From Promethearchaeota archaeon (GTDB lineage Archaea > Asgardarchaeota > Lokiarchaeia > Sigyniarchaeales > SOKP01): a stretch of DNA of 35,481 nucleotides. The DNA is taken from positions 1-35,481 of the forward strand of contig JABCSY010000037.1 in the NCBI GenBank assembly GCA_018238625.1, in the 5' to 3' direction. This document shows, piece after piece, positions 28,711 through 35,481 of this stretch. A program made the position numbers and the translations under genes. Every line of letters starts with the position of its first letter. Positions within the stretch are counted from its first letter, which is position 1. Below the pieces are notes generated by a model. The model did not search any database and was not told where the DNA came from. It saw only the letters and a list, made by a program, of their open reading frames with translations.

Positions 28711-30249
28711 TTAAGCTAATAGAATTAAAACAACAAAATTGCTTCCTTTTGTATAGTCGCCTTGAATTTTGTCTTCGACCCAAATTTTTCCATAATATTT
28801 TTCTATTATTTTTTTCACGAGAGATAAACCTAACCCCATTCCAGGGGCTTTTTTATTTATTTTCGTTATTCTCAGAAAAATCTTTTCTTTCATTATATCA
28901 CGAATTCCTATCCCATTATCAATAAATTCTAATTTAAGAAATGTAATGCCATTTTCTTGATATTTAGATATCTTGATTAAAATTTCTACTGATGGATTCT
29001 TATTGTGTATTACTGCATTTATTAAAATATTTTCAAATACTTCAGGTAAAAGTTCATTTGCTTTAATATAAAATTCTTTACTATTGGAGTCAATTTTAAT
29101 ATTAATTCTTCTATCTTGAAAACTTTTATTTATATATTCTATAGTCTTTTCTAAAACTTCATAAACTTCTATTGATTTTATAGATATTTCGATTTCTTCA
29201 ATTTTAGTAATATACGTTACATTTGAAATTAGTTTTTTACCTCTCCCAACCTGTATTATAGCAGTGCTTAATAATTCCTCTATTTCTTTTCTTTTTTCTG
29301 GCTCTTTTTGATATAAAGATAAAAGTTCTATAGATAATAGAATATTTTGAAGGATATTATTCATATCGTGAGCTAAAAGATCTTTGTATAAATTCGCACG
29401 ATTAAAAGCTTCATGATATTTTTCTTCTGATTTTCGCAATTCTTCCTCTGCTTGTTTCCGTTCGGTAATGTTTATTCCCATTCCTCCAAGATAAGGTATA
29501 TTACCAATCATTATAAGTAGCCCCGTAAAATAATAAGGGTTTTTTTTTCCGCTCTTAGATATGAAATCTGCTTCTGCGGTAGAATTACCTTCAATAAAAA
29601 CTTCATGAATTCTCTCAGTCATAATTTTCTTATCTTCTCCCTTAAAGAAATCAAGCATACTCATTCTTAATATCTCTTCAGATGAATACTCGGAAACTTC
29701 TTCAAAATTTTTATTCCATCTTAGAAATTTGCCTTTTTCATTAAAAAAATAAAAGATTCCCGGTAAACTATCAATTATTGATTCAGAAAAGGTCTTGGCT
29801 TTCCTTAATTCTTCCTCTGCTTGTTTTCGTTCGATATTATTGCGAGAACATTCCTTTAATTGTTCTTCCGCTTGTTTATACTTTGAAATATTTTTTATAT
29901 GAGCTATAACTAAATCTGGTGGAATAAAAATACTTTTTATAAATAGAAAACTTTTTTCACTTCTAGAATTTAAATTATATTGAATTTCTCTCACAATATT
30001 AACATGATCAGTTCCACATCGATTTAGTTCCTCTAAAATTTCTGGTTGATCTTTATACATTTTAGATGCTTTAATTCCCAAGGAATCTTTAATTTCTCCT
30101 TTAGTAATTTCTTCAGCAGCAATATTATAATCAATTAAAATCAAATTATTTTGTACTTTTTGCCATATATATGAAGGAATAGGAATTTCTTTAAAAAGAG
30201 CTTTAAATTTTTTTTCTAAAGGAGATACTCTATTTTCATTAGTATCCAA
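28711..30249 (-). CDS. Cytoplasmic PAS-domain histidine kinase
   Basis: Two PAS-like domains with repeated ERKQAEEELRK linkers; LAHDMNNIL, DNGIGI, GMGLGL. Confidence 0.93.
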   Translation of the reverse strand: MDTNENRVSPLEKKFKALFKEIPIPSYIWQKVQNNLILIDYNIAAEEITKGEIKDSLGIKASKMYKDQPEILEELNRCGTDHVNIVREIQYNLNSRSEKSFLFIKSIFIPPDLVIAHIKNISKYKQAEEQLKECSRNNIERKQAEEELRKAKTFSESIIDSLPGIFYFFNEKGKFLRWNKNFEEVSEYSSEEILRMSMLDFFKGEDKKIMTERIHEVFIEGNSTAEADFISKSGKKNPYYFTGLLIMIGNIPYLGGMGINITERKQAEEELRKSEEKYHEAFNRANLYKDLLAHDMNNILQNILLSIELLSLYQKEPEKRKEIEELLSTAIIQVGRGKKLISNVTYITKIEEIEISIKSIEVYEVLEKTIEYINKSFQDRRINIKIDSNSKEFYIKANELLPEVFENILINAVIHNKNPSVEILIKISKYQENGITFLKLEFIDNGIGIRDIMKEKIFLRITKINKKAPGMGLGLSLVKKIIEKYYGKIWVEDKIQGDYTKGSNFVVLILLA

Positions 30250-30633
30250 ATTAAATCATTTAATTTTTTATTATCAATTAATAATTTCTAAATAGGTTTA
30301 ACCAAACAAAATATTAATTACATTTCTAATATTAATATATTTTGATCAATTTCATTAATTTTTCTATATTAAATTTAAATAAAAGAGAAAATAAGATAAA
30401 AAATATGTTTGATTCGGATAATTATTTTATGTTCATATTCAATATTTAATAGCTTTAAGAATCTAATTGTTTAGATTACTACTTACCTTGATTTATTCTT
30501 TTTTTTAAACTCTTAACAATCTAGAACTTCTATAATCTTTATGCTAACATTCTCGATATCGATATTTATCTACTCATTTCAAATTGCGCTAACTAATTCA
30601 TTTTAGCTCTTAAATAAAATCATTAAAATGAAG

Positions 30634-31134
30634 TTATGAAAAATAAGACTGGCTTTCTCTATCGAAACCATATACGTATTCAATAGGCATGCCATCGGGT
30701 TGCTGTTCGGGTGGAATGTACACAATTCTTAAATTAGGAATAAATGTGCCAATTCCATTTTTTGCGAGGATAATTGCCGGATGGTCGGCTTCCCTAAAAA
30801 TTTTCTCACTAATACTAAGAGTAATTGCTCTACATTGCCGTTCATCAATAACTCCTAACGAATGTATATATTCGTGCAGTAAGATGTGATACATGTATGC
30901 CCAGACGATTTCGTAAGGTTGGGAATCCAAAATGATTTTTAAGGGAGATTTGTTCATAACGATTTCCGTTCCAGGATGAAAATGTATCCCACCTATAAAA
31001 CCTCCACGGAGCATTCCCATTTCGACCAATCCTAAGCTTAATCCAGCCCGATGACGGCCTAATATTTTCCTTACGTCCTTCTTAACGCTCTCAAATATTT
31101 CGGGTATTTCTTTCTTTAATTCGCTTAGGTTCAA
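30634..31134 (-). CDS. Small HExxH zinc metallopeptidase-like protein
   Basis: LLHEYIHSLG..DE; SD AAGGTGG with TTG start. Confidence 0.8.
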   Translation of the reverse strand: MNLSELKKEIPEIFESVKKDVRKILGRHRAGLSLGLVEMGMLRGGFIGGIHFHPGTEIVMNKSPLKIILDSQPYEIVWAYMYHILLHEYIHSLGVIDERQCRAITLSISEKIFREADHPAIILAKNGIGTFIPNLRIVYIPPEQQPDGMPIEYVYGFDRESQSYFS

Positions 31135-31202
31135 TATACCACCTTATAGATTTCTTAATATAGATTCAAATGAATTGTAAAAAAATCATAAAATGAACGA
31201 TT

Positions 31203-31997
31203 TTAAAAGTCAAAAAACCAATCGTCGTCATCTTCCCATAGAAAATCCATGAACGACGATAAGTCCTTTAACAGATTTGTTACATCTAATTTATGTGTTG
31301 CGCGCTTGAAAGGGTCTAAGTCTGAAAAAAAGAGATCTTCCATGAGGTTATCTATATTAATCCTTTGACGGAATTGAGCCGGATTATAAAATAATGTATA
31401 AAAAATTTCTCTTTCTAAATTTTCTAATTCAGGTCGCTTTTTTAAAAAGTCCTCTTGATAAGTATCGTTAATTATGTTTTTTAGCTCCACAATATAACAT
31501 TCTTTATTTTGTAATAATTTCCTTCTTTCTAGTTCGAATGCTCTAATTTTCTGTTCAATATCCTTGATCTGTGCGCCTAAAAATCTGATCTTTTTATTTG
31601 GAGATTTAATGTTCTCATATTTAATATCACATCCGATATCTTTTAGATTAACAGATTTGGCGTCGTTTTTAATCTCAGCCATACTATACTGGATTTTGTA
31701 ATAATCTGGAGAAATATTAATCCTGATCGAGAGATTACTTTTTATTCGATATTTGCCACCGCGTTTTTCTTCACCGAACTTTTCAACTACATTGTTAGTG
31801 CTTAAGAGTTCTAACTGACTATGTACTGCTTGCCTTGAGATACCTAAAATTTTGGCTAATTCTGATGGAGAGTGGGGAACTTTTGCCAATTTTGACAATA
31901 TAATTCTTCTAGTGGGATTTCCTAGCATCTCTAATAAGCTATCTAAACTAATGAATTGTTTGGTCCGACTATCTTTTTCCACTTCCATTTTTACCAT
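31203..31997 (-). CDS. ArsR-type winged-helix regulator with a coiled coil (candidate heat-shock repressor)
   Basis: LGNPTRRIIL..L...PHSPSELAKILGISRQAVHSQLELL; downstream of hsp20-cdc48. Confidence 0.85.
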   Translation of the reverse strand: MVKMEVEKDSRTKQFISLDSLLEMLGNPTRRIILSKLAKVPHSPSELAKILGISRQAVHSQLELLSTNNVVEKFGEEKRGGKYRIKSNLSIRINISPDYYKIQYSMAEIKNDAKSVNLKDIGCDIKYENIKSPNKKIRFLGAQIKDIEQKIRAFELERRKLLQNKECYIVELKNIINDTYQEDFLKKRPELENLEREIFYTLFYNPAQFRQRINIDNLMEDLFFSDLDPFKRATHKLDVTNLLKDLSSFMDFLWEDDDDWFFDF

Positions 31998-32022
31998 CCT
32001 TTTAATCTATTAGTTTAAATTT

Positions 32023-34335
32023 TTATTTATACAGTTCTTCAGGAGCTTTTGAATGTTGATCGTGAATTTTTTTGGCTCTATCTGCTCCTTTAAGGATTTT
32101 TTCAAGTGCCTCACCGAAATCTGCTTTTGATATTACTACTTCATTAACTAATTGAGATCGAATTTGTTCAATTTTCTTTTCTAATTCTTTTACGTCTTTA
32201 TTACTAGCTTTTTCTGATTGTAATTGTTCTAGTTGGATATTATAATCCTGTATTTCCTTTTTCTTCTCGTTAAAAGCGGGAATAGTTCTTCTGATTGTCA
32301 ATAACGTCGCTTCTTCACAAAGGGCTTGGATATCGGCACCAGTATAGCCCTCGAAGCCCTCAACCAAGCTCTTGATATTAACATCGCTTGCTAGTGGTTT
32401 ATTTTTAAGATGAATTTCAAATATAGCTTTACGTGATTCTAAATCTGGCATAGAAACTTCAATATGTCTTCCAAACCTTCCAGAACGTAATAACGCGGGG
32501 TCAAGCATGTCAGGTCGATTTGTCGCAGCGAGTAAAATAACGTTTTTTAGATCTTCTAAACCGTCCATTTCAGTTAATAGTTGGGAAATAACTTGATCAG
32601 TTACCTCTGAACTTGCAGATCTCCCTCTGACCCCTGCAATTGCATCGATCTCGTCAAAAAATATAATGCACGGAGACGCTGATCTCGCTTTTCTAAAAGT
32701 TTCTCTCACTGCCTTTGAACTTTCACCAACCCATTTAGATAAAAATTCTGGACCTTTCACTGAGATAAAATTTACTTCGGTTTCATGAGCTAAAGCTCTT
32801 GCTAATAGAGTTTTTCCAGTACCGGGGGGTCCAAACAATAAAATTCCACTTGGCGGTTTTGAAGATAAATGTTGATATAATTCAGGGTACTTCAATGGCC
32901 ATTCAATAATTTCTCTTAATTGTAATTTTGCATCTTCTAAGCCTCCAACATCTTCCCAAGTTTCTGTGGGTTGAGAAATAATTACTTCTCTTAGGGCCGA
33001 AGGTTCGATGTTATTTAGAGCCGAAGTAAAGTTTTCCATTTCTATCTTAATTGAATTTAAAACGTCAAAAGGAATTGGCTTGTCTAAGTCTATTTTTGGA
33101 AGGATTTCTCTAATAGATAACATCGCCGCTTCTTTAGCTAACGCTTCAATATCTGCACCTACAAAACCGTGAGTTTTTTCTGAAATAATTCTAAGATCCA
33201 CGTCGTCATCTAACGGCATACCACGCGTGTGAATTTGTAATATTTCATATCGACCGTGCGTATCAGGTACGCCAATCTCAATTTCTTTGTCAAATCTACC
33301 GGGTCTTCTCAGTGCAATATCAATATCGTTTACTCGATTTGTTGCTCCAATGACGATAATTTCACCTCTGCCTTCTAAACCATCTAGTAGAGAGAGTAAT
33401 TGAGCCACTACCCTCCTTTCGACCTCTCCAGTGACCTCCCCTCTTTTTGGGGCTATCGAATCTAATTCATCGATAAATATTATTGAAGGTGCGTTATTTT
33501 TAGCGTCGTCAAAAATGTTCCTAAGGTTTTGTTCGCTCTGTCCATAAAACTTACTCATAATTTCAGGACCGCTAATTGTAATAAAATGAGCGTCAGTCTC
33601 GAAAGCTACCGCCCTTGCTAACAAAGTTTTGCCCGTTCCCGGAGGACCGTGGAGCAAGACTCCCTTAGGAGGATCAATCCCTATTCTTTTAAACAATTCA
33701 GGATGTCTCATTGGTAATTCGATCATTTCACGAATTCTCTGAATTTCCTCTTCTAATCCTCCAATATCCTCATAGCTTACTCTTGATTGTTCTCTTTCTA
33801 CAAGTTCTCTATGTGTTTTTTCGCTTAATTTAATTTTTGTTCGAAGGTGAATTCTGACCGCAATAGCTTTTGGTTCAAAATCTACGATTATTAGGTCGTA
33901 CTTTTTACCATAGCTCCAAAAGCTTATAACATCATCTTTAGTTATTACTCTATTTTCTAATAACGCATTTAGTCGTTGTCTAATTACAATTGGCTCCGTT
34001 AGACTTGCGAATACTACTTTGTCTGCTAAAACCGCTTCAATTTTACGGATCTCTACGTAGTCATCAATTGTTACTTCTATATTCCTTCTTAAAGAAGAGT
34101 CGAGCCTTAGAATTCCAGTTCCTTTATCTTCGAGTTTACCGGGGTATAATAATGCGGCTGTCCTTGATGTTGTTAAGGGGGAATATATCTCAATCGCATC
34201 ACCATTTTTTAAGTCTAACTTGCTGGCTATATCAGGGTCAATTCTTATTCTACCTTTGCCAGAATCTTCTTTGAATGCGTCTTTTACTCTTAACCTATTT
34301 TCTTTTCCTTCATAACCACTCGAAATCCCACTCAT
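32023..34335 (-). CDS. cdc48: CDC48/p97/VAT AAA+ ATPase
   Basis: N domain plus two AAA modules (GPPGTGKT twice, IDELD and FDEID, RRPGRFD and RSGRF). Confidence 0.97.
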   Translation of the reverse strand: MSGISSGYEGKENRLRVKDAFKEDSGKGRIRIDPDIASKLDLKNGDAIEIYSPLTTSRTAALLYPGKLEDKGTGILRLDSSLRRNIEVTIDDYVEIRKIEAVLADKVVFASLTEPIVIRQRLNALLENRVITKDDVISFWSYGKKYDLIIVDFEPKAIAVRIHLRTKIKLSEKTHRELVEREQSRVSYEDIGGLEEEIQRIREMIELPMRHPELFKRIGIDPPKGVLLHGPPGTGKTLLARAVAFETDAHFITISGPEIMSKFYGQSEQNLRNIFDDAKNNAPSIIFIDELDSIAPKRGEVTGEVERRVVAQLLSLLDGLEGRGEIIVIGATNRVNDIDIALRRPGRFDKEIEIGVPDTHGRYEILQIHTRGMPLDDDVDLRIISEKTHGFVGADIEALAKEAAMLSIREILPKIDLDKPIPFDVLNSIKIEMENFTSALNNIEPSALREVIISQPTETWEDVGGLEDAKLQLREIIEWPLKYPELYQHLSSKPPSGILLFGPPGTGKTLLARALAHETEVNFISVKGPEFLSKWVGESSKAVRETFRKARSASPCIIFFDEIDAIAGVRGRSASSEVTDQVISQLLTEMDGLEDLKNVILLAATNRPDMLDPALLRSGRFGRHIEVSMPDLESRKAIFEIHLKNKPLASDVNIKSLVEGFEGYTGADIQALCEEATLLTIRRTIPAFNEKKKEIQDYNIQLEQLQSEKASNKDVKELEKKIEQIRSQLVNEVVISKADFGEALEKILKGADRAKKIHDQHSKAPEELYK

Positions 34336-34339
34336 CTTT

Positions 34340-34969
34340 TTATACCTGTTTGTTTATTTCTCGCATAATAATAGATACAATCCCGTTGTTGATATCTACA
34401 ACATGATCCTTCATAGTGGATTCAAACGGCAATTGTAGCTCCTTTTCAAAATTTTGGAAATTACTTTCAGTCAATATTTTCAGATTTCTTCCATCCTCGC
34501 TTAAACTTAAAACAATATGGCCGTTTTCTATTCCTGGAAGTTCTATAACAATTTCAGCGTAATCATCATACACATTTATTTCGTAATACGGTTCTTTTTC
34601 CAAAATGTCTTCTCGTTCAAAATCCGGTTTTAATGAAAGTGTACCTACATCCATTGCTTGGTTTTTTTCCGGTTTTATTAACGTTTTAAATTGCGGGTAT
34701 GACGAAAGGTTCAATCTCTTAAAATATTCTTGAAGTTTTTTCTCGTCAAAATCGCCTTCGATTTTTATCTCTGGTTTTTCCATTCCAGATTCAAAATGAT
34801 ATGTGACCTTAAATCCTTCTACTTTTTTATTTTGGAGATTTAGGTTTGGATCAAAATTAGATTCAGGCAAAAATAAAAAATCCACGTTAAAAACTCCTTT
34901 ATCTATTTTAAGTAATTTTTTAATCCGTTCTAAAAAATCATAATAATCATCATCAAACTCGTCTGACAA
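34340..34969 (-). CDS. Hsp20/alpha-crystallin-like small heat-shock protein
   Basis: 'EP..EI.......IVIELPGIE...I.L...L.LP........NNGI' C-terminal domain; SD GAGGTGA with TTG start. Confidence 0.8.
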   Translation of the reverse strand: MSDEFDDDYYDFLERIKKLLKIDKGVFNVDFLFLPESNFDPNLNLQNKKVEGFKVTYHFESGMEKPEIKIEGDFDEKKLQEYFKRLNLSSYPQFKTLIKPEKNQAMDVGTLSLKPDFEREDILEKEPYYEINVYDDYAEIVIELPGIENGHIVLSLSEDGRNLKILTESNFQNFEKELQLPFESTMKDHVVDINNGIVSIIMREINKQV

Positions 34970-34997
34970 AAATTTTCACCTCAAAACAACACTTTCT

Positions 34998-35034
34998 TGT
35001 AAACCTTTAATTGACATAAGTCAATTTAGACTTA
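34998..35034. promoter_or_regulatory. Overlapping inverted repeats, candidate operator of the hsp20-cdc48 operon
   Basis: TGTAAA-N7-TTGACA (34998-35016), AATTGAC-N4-GTCAATT (35009-35026), TAAGTC-N6-GACTTA (35017-35034). Confidence 0.6.
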
Positions 35035-35171
35035 AAAATCTATTGATGATACTTAATAATACTTAAATAATAAAAAAATTAAAATTTCTACCGTTTTTGG
35101 ACTCGAACCATTACCCCAACTTAAACTATTTATTGGATCATTTTAATCTTTTAAATAAAAAGAAGGATTAT

Positions 35172-35481
35172 CTATTCTATTAGAGAAATCAATTGAGATT
35201 TGTAAATTTTTTTAAATATTAGACCAATTAGATCTTCAAACGACTCTACGACACCTATTCCATCTATTGCGATAGTTTTATTGATTTTAAAGCTCTTATA
35301 TTTAAAATAATTAATATTTTCTAAAAACTCATGAGTATCAAATGTATCCGGTAAATCCTGTTTGTTAAACGCGAGGATTTTGGGCATTTTAATGAAATGA
35401 TCTCCGAAATAATTACATAATTCGTTCCAAGACGTTAAATTTCTGTAATAAACTTTTTGCTCTGAGTCCGCTACAAAAATA
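35172..35481 (-). CDS. C-terminal part of a small GTPase (MglA/Arf-like); starts outside the window
   Basis: Frame open from the right edge: IFVADS...N..SWNEL...PKILAFNKQDL (G4) ...TIAIDGIGVVESF (G5). Confidence 0.85.
   Translation of the reverse strand, partial: IFVADSEQKVYYRNLTSWNELCNYFGDHFIKMPKILAFNKQDLPDTFDTHEFLENINYFKYKSFKINKTIAIDGIGVVESFEDLIGLIFKKIYKSQLISLIE

Noticed and set aside
1138-34274. Short antisense or nested ORFs in the track (e.g. 1138-1347, 3265-3618, 14659-15090, 22436-22762, 26089-26523, 33990-34274)
   Set aside because: They lie within well-supported genes and have no motifs; shadow ORFs
1-35481. CRISPR arrays, rRNA genes, IS elements
   Set aside because: No regularly spaced repeats, rRNA-like GC-rich tracts or transposase ORFs were seen

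Overview
AT-rich archaeal chromosome segment, most likely from an Asgard archaeon (Lokiarchaeia-like). The assignment rests on a Loki-type profilin (QTDNWDL motif), an MglA/Arf-like small GTPase, a Loki-CTERM-like tail, CdhD, a FwdF-like polyferredoxin, archaemetzincin, GGTGA-type Shine-Dalgarno (SD) sites and many TTG/GTG starts. The left end looks accessory: a TPR/HEPN-like protein and a Ser/Thr kinase-LRR fusion. Then come a Hrq1/DUF1998 helicase, a frameshifted FGGY kinase relic, a polyproline membrane protein, a LysR-DsrE-TusA module, cdhD, profilin, convergent dapF-lysA and dapA-dapB pairs, an ADP-ribosylglycohydrolase, tRNA-Pro(TGG), two paralogous histidine kinases and an hsp20-cdc48-ArsR-metalloprotease operon. 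Two signals are not shown in the ORF track. (1) A box C/D guide sRNA with a well-formed internal k-turn lies between lysA and dapB; its D guide appears to target the SSU rRNA G homologous to yeast Gm1428. (2) Three genes have coding frames that run upstream with no ATG/GTG/TTG and appear to start at ATT. All calls come from reading motifs by eye; no database searches were run.
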